DNA of 64,000 nucleotides from an uncultured delta proteobacterium (GCA_963806835.1 CAWEAR010000013.1:16901-80900), one strand, 5' to 3'; counted from the stretch's first letter, positions 41,301 through 50,764 are shown. The notes: a model not told the origin generated them from the sequence alone. Made by a program: numbers and translations.

Positions 41301-43373
41301 TATTGTTCCGGATGCCGTTCCGGTTGTTGCCAGCGTAAAATCTCCGGTGTCAATGCCGGAAACGCTTTCATTAAAGGTTACGGTGAAATCCACACTTGCC
41401 GCATTGGTCGGTGAAGCTCCGGCACGGTTTATTGAAGATACCGAAGGCGGCGGCGGTGAATAGGTTACGGTGTTGTCTGTTGAAGTTGAAGCCGCGCCGG
41501 TGTTGCCTGCGCTGTCTGATACAACGCCCGCAGCGATTGATGCAATAACCGTTCCCGCTGATGTCATGCCTGAAACAGCCACATTGTAAGTTGTCCCGCT
41601 TCCGGTTACAGTTCCGGTTGTTGCGCCCGCAGTTCCGCTGAAGTGTTACATCTCCGGTTGCAAAGCTGGTTAAGGATTCGCTGAAAACAACCGTGAAATT
41701 AACCGGCGAACTGTTTGCCGGGTCTGCCTGTGATGATTCCTGATTGACGGTAACAGTCGGCGAAACGGTGTCAACAGTAAATGCACTCACTGCCAGATCG
41801 CCGGACGCATTGCCTGCGGTGTCTGTTACGCTGATTTCGCAGTTACTGTGCGCTCCGTCTGCCAGTGTGCCGAAGGTTATGGTATTATTGCCGATCACCG
41901 CTGCGGTGGTGGCGGAAGAACAGTCGCCGCTGTAACTAATCGTGCCTGCCTCTGTGCTGGAAAATGTATAATCCGGCGTGGCGTCATTGCCGGGAGTGGT
42001 TACTGCGGTAACTTCCGCCAAGGTCGGGGCGGTTGTGTCAATCACAATTGCCTTGTTTGCGCCCAGGGAACGACTGCGCCCGGTGCGGGAAGGGTGAGGT
42101 CGGCATCAAACGTGCCTGCGAGATTCTTTATTGTTCCGCCGTTCAAGGCAAATGCGGCGGTTGAAATATAATCCAAATCTGCGCTGGTATGACCTGCGGC
42201 TGCGGCTACCGTGTAGGTAAAGGTAAGTGTGGCTGTGCCGGAGCCGGATGTGTAATTCACAACCGCATCCGTTGTGCCGGTTTCCAGCGTGAGCTGCGGG
42301 GTACCGCCGCTTACATTCACAGCCTCGGAAAAGGTGACGGTGACAGAAACCGTGTCGCCTGCGTTGTATGAACCGTTGGCAGTTGAAGCACTCACAGAGG
42401 AGACAGTCGGGGCAGCAGGCGTCCCCGTGCCGTTCAGCGTAACCGTGTAGGGATTCTCATCACTGTCATTGTTGGCAATGCTGATCTGTGCGGTTTTCGC
42501 TGCGGCGGAAGACGGCGTGAATGTTACCGTGAAGTTCGTACTCCCCGAACCAGCGACCGGCGTGGTTGTCGAAGTCTCATTCACCGTGAAATCCGCCGCA
42601 TCCGTGCCGGATATGGCAATCTTCGGTGTTCCGCTCAGAGTCAGATTCGCAGAGCCGGTGTTCTGGATGGTGAACCCGTATGCCCCGCTGTTGCTGCCCA
42701 CAGCCACGCTTCCGAAATCGTGAGAACCGGCAGAGGCAATGTTGGTTGCGCCTGCTTCAGATTGATTTCCTGAGCCGCCGGCGGAATACATGTTACTCCG
42801 GTTACTGTACTGCTGCCGCAATTATTCACCGTGATAGCAGGCGAGATGGTTCCTGTTCCCGCAAAACTCACGGGATTAGCCGCCGTACCGTCGAGGTTGA
42901 AAGTCCCGCCTGCTGCTTTGGTCACTGTTTTACCGGCATTGATGGTCAGAGTGCGGGCTGCTGTCAGAGGCGTTGCCCACTGCCAGTTGTACAGGGTGAA
43001 ACTGCTGTTCACCGTGTGATTCGCATCACTGAATTTTACCGTGCTTGTACCTGCGTTGAATGTGCCGTCATTTTGAAGGGGTGTGGCACCGCTCAGGGTG
43101 ATGGTGTAACTGCCGGCGTTCAGGGTGGAGGAGGAATCAATTTGAATAGAGGAAACAGAAATATCCGAATCTGCGGTTACAATAGATAAAAAGAAATTCT
43201 GTGCGTCATCACTGCTGCCCGGGAAGACGACCGGCACCACTGCAACTACTCCATAGTACGCTATTATTCCAATTTCCGATAGACAAAAAAGTATTGCAAG
43301 CCATCGCCCCACCACCAATACATATAAATCCCCATAGCATTACTGTCAGTGCAATAAAATATTTTTTTTTCAT
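35320..43373 (-). CDS. Giant secreted repeat adhesin (about 2,680 codons if contiguous), present as six frame-shifted pieces
   Basis: - Signal peptide [23 protein letters not shown] from the ATG at 43373 (own translation).
- ORF pieces 42641..43318, 42042..42821, 41371..42045, 37119..41582 and 35320..37122 continue one another across each break. For example, FATGDVTL runs into [29 protein letters not shown], and [11 protein letters not shown] runs into [11 protein letters not shown] inside a DUF11-like repeat.
- Domains: choice-of-anchor-D-like, Ig-like, 97-99-aa tandem repeats, cadherin-like/VCBS-type repeats, DUF11-like, FN3-like, and a dockerin-like tail [12 protein letters not shown]...[17 protein letters not shown]. 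Confidence 0.8.
37293..38144 (-). repeat. Three approximately 95-aa cadherin-like/VCBS-type repeats inside the adhesin
   Basis: [33 protein letters not shown]....HGTL.L.ADGSFVY.P.ADY.G.DSFTY.ANDG...S..ATV.ITV occurs three times. Confidence 0.75.
38145..39902 (-). repeat. Six near-identical tandem coding repeats (291-297 bp; 97-99 aa) inside the adhesin
   Basis: The unit is [35 protein letters not shown](AA)[62 protein letters not shown] diverged seventh copy starts near 40478. Confidence 0.9.
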
Positions 43374-43480
43374 AGCAGAAATCCTTATTTAAACGGTAAC
43401 TGGAAATTTGGTTAAATCATCCTTAAAATCTTTTTGTCTATCTCATCCAATGGAATCTGTCTCTCTAATTTCTTTTTCAG

Positions 43481-43566
43481 CCCGTAGGGTGGGTGAAGCG
43501 ATAGCGTAACCCACCGGAAACATATTATAATAATGGTGGGTTACGCTCCGCTTCACCCACCTGCAT
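43481..43566. repeat. Family-2 variant palindromic element
   Basis: CCCGTAGGGTGGGTGAAGCGATAGCGTAACCCACC...GGTGGGTTACGCTCCGCTTCACCCACCTGC. Confidence 0.75.
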
Positions 43567-43567
43567 G

Positions 43568-43709
43568 ACTGTGATTCCCGTATGATTCTTATGATTTACA
43601 TGATTGAATCACAGCCGTTGTCTGAACTGTGATTTTCGTGTGATTATTATGATTTACATGATTGAATCACGGTAATCACAGAAATCATAAGAAAATCACA
43701 GTTCAGAAA
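43568..43709. repeat. Family-3 element (CTGAACTGTGATT / AATCACAGTTCAG inverted ends, internal TGATT-rich repeats)
   Basis: Related copies lie at 44335-44465 and 52953-53112. Confidence 0.8.
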
Positions 43710-43789
43710 TATTGCAAAGGCGGAGAACGACCGGCGTAAAACATGCAGGGGGCTTGAGCGGTTTTTACAAAATGCGGGCGCACCTCTGG

Positions 43790-43899
43790 GAGTGAGTGAG
43801 TGAGTGAGTGAGTGAGTGAGTGAGTGAGTGAGTGAGTGAGTGAGTGAGTGAGTGAGTGAGTGAGTGAGTGAGTGAGTGAGTGAGTGAGTGAGTGAGTGA
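43790..43899. repeat. Tetranucleotide microsatellite (GAGT)x27.5
   Basis: An uninterrupted GAGTGAGT... tract of 110 nt, 417-526 nt upstream of the adhesin ATG at 43373. Confidence 0.97.
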
Positions 43900-44208
43900 A
43901 ACTGCCTGATTTTTATGGAAAAGTCAAGTCTTTTTTTAAAAAAATCTGCGGAACAGCCTGCATTCCGGGACAGGATATTTGAATGCGGAGTATAATCTGA
44001 AAAATTCTGTTCTGAAGTCTGCGGCATGAAACACCTCCGGATAATTCAAATAAAAAAAACAGATTATCCGGACGGTGCCCCTGCCGTCCGTAATTCCTGT
44101 GACAGCGACGCGCCGTTACACCCTTTTGATCTGAAAAAGAGATTTCAGAATAAACAGACTGAACGGTTTTGTCAAGTGTTTTTTTTGCATTCCGGACAAA
44201 ATTTTCAG

Positions 44209-44313
44209 CCCGTAGCCCGTAGGTTGGGGTGAGGCACGAACCCCAACATTTCAATTATCCCAAAATACAACATCCTTTTTTTGTCGGGGGTTCGTTCCTC
44301 ACCCCAACCTGCA
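44209..44313. repeat. Family-2 palindromic element, long form
   Basis: CCCGTAGCCCGTAGGTTGGGGTGAGGCACGAACCCCAAC...GTCGGGGGTTCGTTCCTCACCCCAACCTGC. Confidence 0.8.
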
Positions 44314-44334
44314 TATTTCATTTAATTACCTGTT

Positions 44335-44465
44335 GTCTGAACTGTGATTCCCTTATGATTGCCATGATTAAATCACAGCCATTATCTGAACTGTGATTCC
44401 CGTATGATTCTTATGATTTACATGATTGTATATGAACAAATCACGGTAATCACAGAAATTATAAG
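44335..44465. repeat. Family-3 element
   Basis: TCTGAACTGTGATTCCC..ATGATT... occurs twice, followed by AATCACGGTAATCACAGAAAT. Confidence 0.75.
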
Positions 44466-44518
44466 CAGGCAGGGCGGACTAAGCCGAAGCGTGTCCGCCG
44501 ATGAATGAACGGGTGGAC

Positions 44519-44632
44519 AAGCTGATTCTTGTTGAGCAGAATGAATCAGGGCTGTATGATATTGAACTCAGCCTGCGTGCAAAATTTCCGGATCTTAAAA
44601 CCGTTGCTGTTCTTGCTTCTATACAGGATGAT
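44519..44632 (+). pseudogene. Orphan approximately 112-bp fragment of a capD/pglF-like gene
   Basis: Bases 44521-44632 align with 34221-34332 inside the intact capD-like gene (LILVEQNESGLYDIELSLRAKFPDLKTVA(I/V)LASIQD). The differences are mostly synonymous third-position changes. Confidence 0.8.
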
Positions 44633-44817
44633 ATGAGATAAAAACCCTAAGGGTCTTAAAGATCATTAGGGTTTAAATTGTCGGGGTTCATTTCATTCAC
44701 CCCGACCTACGGGACCGATGTGGTCGTGTAATAGTCAATTTTTTCAGGTTTCTGATGAAACAGATTGTAAATCCTGCCGGATTATAGTATATTTTCTGAA
44801 AAAAATTCGGAGGAGCA

Positions 44818-45808
44818 ATGAAAAAAAATATATTGGTTGTCGGCGGCGCGGGCTATATCGGCTCTTATATGTGCAAATATCTGGCAAAGAACGGTTATCA
44901 GCCGATTGTTCTGGACAGCCTTGTCTGCGGACATGCTCAGGCTGTGAAATGGGGTCCGCTGATTCATGGTTCAACAGATAACTCGCGAATTGCTGAGACA
45001 GATATTTTCAGATTATCAGATTGCGGCGGTCATGCACTTTGCCGCGTTTATCTTTGTCGGGGAATCCGTAACAGAGCCTGCAAAATATTACCGCAATAAT
45101 GTTGCCAATACTTTGAATCTTCTTGAAATCATGGTTGAAAAAAAGATTGCCGACTTTATATTTTCATCCACCTGTGCTATTTACGGAGAGCCGACTCAGA
45201 TTCCCATGACAGAAGAGCATTCTCTTTATCCGGTAAATCCTTATGGCAGAAGCAAGCTGATGGTGGAGAATATCATTGATGATTTTAAAGATGCCTACGG
45301 CTTGAAGGCGGTTTGCCTTAGATATTTTAATGCAGCAGGGGCTGATCCTGATGCTGAGGTGGGCGAAGCTCATGATCCTGAAAATCATCTTATTCCCCTG
45401 ATTCTTCAGACCGCACTTGGAAAAAGAGAAGCGATTTATATTTTCGGGGATGATTATCCGACAAAAGACGGTACCTGCATCCGGGATTATATTCATATTG
45501 CTGATCTGGCTCAGGCGCATCTCCTTTCATTAGAATCTCTTCTGAAAGGGTCATCCGGCGGAAAATATAATCTTGGAAACGGAAACGGCTATTCTGTCAA
45601 AGAAGTGATTGATGTTGCCCGGAAAATAACCGGAAAAACGATATTGGCAAAGATAATGCCAAGACGTGCAGGAGATGCGGAGGTTCTTATCGGTTCAAGT
45701 GAAAAAGCAGTCAGAGAACTTGGCTGGAAACCTGAATATCCTGATCTTCATACAATTGTTGAGACAGCATGGAGATGGCATAAATCTCATCCTGATGGAT
45801 ATAAGTAG
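44818..45808 (+). CDS. galE: UDP-glucose 4-epimerase GalE; frame break near 44965
   Basis: Contains VVGGAGYIGSYMC, ...AAVMHFAAFIFVGESV, SSTCAIYG, the YxxxK motif NPYGRSKLM, and DYIHIADLAQAH. Confidence 0.85.
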
Positions 45809-45961
45809 AATGAGCATAACCCACATTGCAGTTGATTTATGACTCTCTGATTTTTTTGCGGCTTTGGATCAAAATTTCACGCAAAGACGCAGAGACGCAA
45901 AGTTTTCAGCTTCCCGAATTAGCGTGGGAGCGCAGCAAATATCAAGGAATCTAAAGACAGT

Positions 45962-48265
45962 ATGAAAAAAGCATTAATTACCGGAATAACCGGACAGGAC
46001 GGAGCGTATCTTGCAGAATTTCTGCTTAAAAAAGGATATGAAGTTCACGGCATCAAACGCCGTGCATCATCATTTAACACAGGTCGCGTAGATCATCTTT
46101 ATAAAGATGTTCATGAAAAAGAAGTACGTTTTTTTATGCACTATGGCGACCTTACAGATTCAACAAATCTTATCCGTATTATTCAAATGGTGCAGCCGGA
46201 TGAAATTTATAACCTTGCCGCGCAGAGTCATGTCAAAGTCTCTTTTGAAACACCTGAATATACAGCAAATTCTGATGCACTCGGTACTTTGCGTATTTTA
46301 GAGGCAATCCGCATTTTAGGGTTGGAGAAAAAAACCCGGTTTTATCAGGCGTCAACAAGTGAAATGTACGGCAAAGTTCAGGAGATTCCCCAGAAAGAGA
46401 CAACCCCTTTTTATCCGCGAAGTCCTTACGGAGCGGCAAAAGTTTATGCGTATTGGATAACCGTGAATTATCGTGAAGCGTATAATATGTTTGCGTGTAA
46501 CGGGATCCTCTTCAACCACGAAACTGTTGCTGATTTTATGCCTATGATATTCAGAATGGGTGAAAGTGGTAAAATAGACATTAAACCGATTTCAGAAATC
46601 GTAAAATATCAAACAATTGAAAACAAAATTTCAATTGATGAAGATAAAAAAGAATATCAGACAGGTACAGTAGAAACCGATTTATATGTATGGGATGCGG
46701 ATGGATGGACAAAGGTTAAACATTTTTCAGCTTATCCCCATGATATTGAAAATGACAACAAAAAGCCGATAATTGTGAATAGCAGGAATGCCTGTTTTGT
46801 TGCTACATCTGAGCATGTTGTCATTATGAAGGATAAGGGTGAAAAAAAAGTCGGAGATTTAAAAATCGGAGACAGAGTTAATTTGATAGAATATCCGACA
46901 GACTATAAAAAATATGATGAAATAACCTTAAAAGAGTCTGAATTACTTGGATTTATTATCGGTGACGGATATTACAGTCAAAAAAATAATAAATTGCGAT
47001 TAATAGGCAAGGATTTAGATAAGTTGAAATATTTTGTCAATATTTGGGAAAGTGAATTGGATGGAGATTCTTCTTACAGGCAGGTGCCTTCGGGATTCAA
47101 TAAAGAAAGTCTTGTTTGGCAAGTAGATTTAACCAAAAATAAAAAATGGATAAAACAATTTTCAATTTACGACGAATACGGCAAAAAAAGAGTTCCTTAT
47201 CAGATATTAAATAGCTCTGAGGAAATAAAACTTGCATTTTTAAGAGGTTATTACAAAGCAGACGGATTGGACTCCAAACACTGCCGATATGAATTCAGCA
47301 ACATAAAAACAAATTCAGCGACTTTAGCCGCAGGATTAATCTTTTTGCTGAAAGAGGTGACAAATCAGGAATATAACATAACGGTAGAAGAGCGGATAAG
47401 AGAATCGGATAAAAGAAGTTTTTACTACTCTGTCAACCTGTTAAGTAATTCAGATAAGGGTAATAACCATAAAAATTCAGCAGATAAAAGGGATAAGGTT
47501 TTAGAACTGTCGGAGTCAGGCATATCCCAAAGAGGGATACAGAGAGAAACAGCTATAAGCAGGACTTTTATAAGAAAAGTTCAGAATGGATATAATCCGT
47601 CAGATAATCATCATTTATCAAAAGATAAAAGCGAAATAAAGAAACTGATAGGCTTTGATGAATATAACGGATGGTTTTATGACTTGGAAACAGAAAGCGG
47701 CACATTTCATGCAGGTATCGGTCAGGGGCATGTTCATAATTCTCCTATACGCGGCGAGACCTTTGTTACAAGAAAGATTACAAGAGCAGTTGCGCGTATC
47801 AAATTAGGATTACAGGATGATATTTATCTTGGAAATTTGGATTCCAAACGGGACTGGGGATTTGCACCTGATTATGTCCGGGGAATGTGGATGATACTTC
47901 AGGCAGATGAACCTGATGATTTTGTTATTGCCACCGGAGAATCTCATTCTGTCCGTGAATTTGTTGAAAAATCTTTTGAAGAGATTGGAATTCATTTGAT
48001 ATGGGAAGGTTCAGGCGTGGATGAGACTGGAAAAGATGCTGCCACAGGCAAAATTCTTGTTCGGATTGATCCCCGATATTTCAGACCCACAGAGGTTGAA
48101 TTTCTGCTTGGAGATCCCTCAAAAGCAGGAGAGAAACTCGGATGGAAGCCGAAAGTCTCTTTTCATGAGCTTGTTAAGATAATGGTGCGTGATGATTTAA
48201 AAGAGGCGGAACGGGATCAGCTATGCAAAAGAGAAGGTTTTCCGACATATAATCATTTTGAATGA
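45962..48265 (+). CDS. gmd: GDP-mannose 4,6-dehydratase precursor containing an intein
   Basis: Exteins (residues 1-187 and 594-767) contain GITGQDGAYLAEFLL, TSEMYG, SPYGAAK and ACNGILFNHE | SPIRGETFVTRKITRAV...DPRYFRPTEVE. Joined they give 361 aa. Confidence 0.9.
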   Translation: MKKALITGITGQDGAYLAEFLLKKGYEVHGIKRRASSFNTGRVDHLYKDVHEKEVRFFMHYGDLTDSTNLIRIIQMVQPDEIYNLAAQSHVKVSFETPEYTANSDALGTLRILEAIRILGLEKKTRFYQASTSEMYGKVQEIPQKETTPFYPRSPYGAAKVYAYWITVNYREAYNMFACNGILFNHETVADFMPMIFRMGESGKIDIKPISEIVKYQTIENKISIDEDKKEYQTGTVETDLYVWDADGWTKVKHFSAYPHDIENDNKKPIIVNSRNACFVATSEHVVIMKDKGEKKVGDLKIGDRVNLIEYPTDYKKYDEITLKESELLGFIIGDGYYSQKNNKLRLIGKDLDKLKYFVNIWESELDGDSSYRQVPSGFNKESLVWQVDLTKNKKWIKQFSIYDEYGKKRVPYQILNSSEEIKLAFLRGYYKADGLDSKHCRYEFSNIKTNSATLAAGLIFLLKEVTNQEYNITVEERIRESDKRSFYYSVNLLSNSDKGNNHKNSADKRDKVLELSESGISQRGIQRETAISRTFIRKVQNGYNPSDNHHLSKDKSEIKKLIGFDEYNGWFYDLETESGTFHAGIGQGHVHNSPIRGETFVTRKITRAVARIKLGLQDDIYLGNLDSKRDWGFAPDYVRGMWMILQADEPDDFVIATGESHSVREFVEKSFEEIGIHLIWEGSGVDETGKDAATGKILVRIDPRYFRPTEVEFLLGDPSKAGEKLGWKPKVSFHELVKIMVRDDLKEAERDQLCKREGFPTYNHFE
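46523..47740 (+). mobile_element. Intein (406 aa) with a LAGLIDADG homing-endonuclease domain
   Basis: Inserted between E187 and S of the conserved NHE|SP motif. It has block B VATSEHVV, LAGLIDADG motifs LLGFIIGDGYYS and LAFLRGYYKADGL, and C-terminal WFYDLETESGTFHAG...GHVHN followed by Ser+1. The first residue is Thr (ACT at 46523-46525). Confidence 0.85.
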
Positions 48266-48332
48266 TAAAGGGTAATAAATTGGTTTTATTGGTTTAAACC
48301 AACAGAACCAATAAAACCGACAGAACCAATCC

Positions 48333-50455
48333 ATGTCAAATGAAGAAAAAGATATGTCTCAGGAAAAATTTTCCGTTACTTTCTGTCAGAAAGAAGGGAT
48401 TCTTATGTCTTCAATGAATTCCCCGATCGGTATCTATATTGTTCAGGATCGCAAGTTTGTCTTCTCTAATGCCAAGTTTCAGGAGATAACCGGCTTTTCA
48501 GAGGCGGAGCTTATTGGCAGGCACCCTTTGGATCTGGTTATTGACGAGGATAAACCCCATGTCCGGGAAAGTGCGGTTCAGATGCTGAAGGGAGAAAAAA
48601 AAGACCCTTATCATTTCAGAATCCTTAATAAAGAAGGAACTATCCGCTGGATTATCGAAACAGCGGTCTCCATCCGCTATCAGGAGAGATTGGCGGTCAT
48701 GGGGAATTTCATGGACATCACTGAAACCAAGAAGACAGAAGAATCCCTGCGAGAATCAGAGTCAAAATACCGTTCTCTTTTTGAACTGGCGCGGGACGGA
48801 ATTGTGATTATCAGCTACACAGATGGAAAAATACTTGATTCTAATCTGGAATTCCAGCGACAGACCCAGTTTGAAAATCGGCACCTTTTACAGAAAAAAA
48901 TATGGGAGACTCAGCCCCCTGAATTCCGCGATGAGGCAAAAGAGACTTTTTTCCGTTTCAGAGAAAACTGCGGCGGAATTGTCTCATGGCGGCTTTTCCA
49001 ATGCAGAGACGGCAAAGTCCTGCCTGTAGAGATAGCCGCACAGCGGATGTATATCAAAGGGGATGATGTGATTCTCTGCATGGTGCGCGATATAAGTGAG
49101 CGTGAGGCAATGATGCGGGCATTGAGAATGGCTTCTGAAGAGTGGCGCAAATCATTTGACGCAATTACGGATCCTGTTCTGCTTATAAACCCGGACTTTA
49201 ATATCCACAGGGCAAATCTTTCAACCGCCAGAATGCTGAAAATGGATGTACGTGACATTATCGGCAGGCGATGTCATGAACTGTTTCACGGAACAGATGT
49301 ACCGCCGGATTATTGCCCCCATGTCAAGGCGCTGCAGAGAGGGATTTATTGCGAAGCAGAAAAAGATGAGCCTTATCTGGGGCGTACTCTCCATTTTGCA
49401 TCATCTCCTATGGAGAATGACATCGGAGAGGTAACGCATACTGTTGAGATTATCAGTGATGTCAGCAGTAAAAGACGGTATGAGCGTGAATCTGCAAGGC
49501 TCAGTCAGGTTCTGGCTGCGAGTTTTGAAGGGATTACCGGGGCGTTGAGCGATATGGTTGAAAGCCGGGATCCTTATACCGCAGGACATTCAAGGCATGT
49601 GGCTGAATTATCGGTTCTGATAGGAAAACAGCAGGGATTGAATGAAGAAGAGCTTCAGGGTCTGCGGATATGTGCATCTTTGCACGACATTGGAAAAGCA
49701 ATTATTCCCGCGGCGATTCTGAATAAGCCGGGGAAGCTCTCCAAACATGAATGGGGGCTGATCCGTGAGCATCCTACCACTGCTTATGAAGCGCTGCGAC
49801 TGATCCCGTTTCCGTGGCCCGTGGCAGACGTGGTTCACCAGCATCATGAACGCCTTGACGGCTCAGGTTATCCACTTGGATTAAAAGGGAATCAGATACA
49901 TCCTTGGTCGCGTATTATTGCGGTGGCAGATATAGTGGATGCCATGACCAGCCACCGCCCGTATCGTCCCCGTCTTCCTCAGAGAAATGCTCTTGATGAA
50001 ATTGAAAAAGGATATGGGGTTCTGTATGATCCTGAGGTTGCTGACGCCCTGATTTACACACTCGGATTAGATAATAACAGGGTGATGGTGATTGATAATG
50101 ATCCCAAAAGTCTGGAAGAGATTATTAACGGGCTGAAAGCAGACGGCTTTTTTGCTGCGGGGTATTCAGATCCGGCAGTTGCTGTGAGTGCGTTTATTGA
50201 AAAACCTTTTCCGGTTGTGATTACTGCACTTAAAATGCCGGGTATGGACGGGGTACAATTGGCAGGGAAGATAAAGAAAATCAATCCTGACAGTGAGATT
50301 ATCCTGATAACAAAATATAAGAGCAATACAGATATTCTCCGCGCCTTCGCACGGGTGCATCTGATTTTCTGGAAAAACCTGTTGATATGGATATTCTTAA
50401 ACAGAGCGTCAATCACGCGCTCCGTCAGTTTGCAGAAAATGTCAGGGACTTTTAA
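48333..50455 (+). CDS. PAS/PAC (x3) + HD-GYP phosphodiesterase + receiver-like domain protein; frame break near 50340
   Basis: PAS modules; HD-GYP motifs LHDIGKA and HHERLDGSGYP; a C-terminal CheY-like fold VMVIDNDPKSL...VVITALKMPGMDG. The second frame ends ...EKPVDMDILKQSVNHALRQFAENVRDF*. Confidence 0.8.
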
Positions 50456-50456
50456 A

Positions 50457-50493
50457 CAACAAACTAAGTTTCTTCAAGAAACTTAGTTTGTTG
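50457..50493 (+). terminator. Perfect 16-bp hairpin immediately after the HD-GYP gene stop
   Basis: CAACAAACTAAGTTTC-TTCAA-GAAACTTAGTTTGTTG. There is no U-tract, so intrinsic-terminator function is uncertain. Confidence 0.4.
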
Positions 50494-50764
50494 ACTGTCT
50501 AAAAGCGTTCAAATTAAGCATCTGTCTCATCATGAATATTATGCAATCCATGTTTTCTTTCTTTCATGTACGGTTTGCTGTTCAAAGACTTCCGGCTGCC
50601 GCGCCGGAGGGGAACCCGCAGATACGGGGAATGCAGGCTGTCCGCATTGCGGTATGCGGAAAAGGCTCCGGCTCACCTGTGATTTTTCCGCGGAATTCCG
50701 CCGGAGATGATATGTTACCGGCTTCCAAACCGAATAAATACTATTAATTTGGTAACTATTTACA

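Noticed and set aside
43647-44027. ORF encoding HSLTHSLTHSLT... (126 aa).
   Set aside because: It is purely the translation of the (GAGT)n microsatellite plus flanking repeat DNA. There is no start context and no coding signal.
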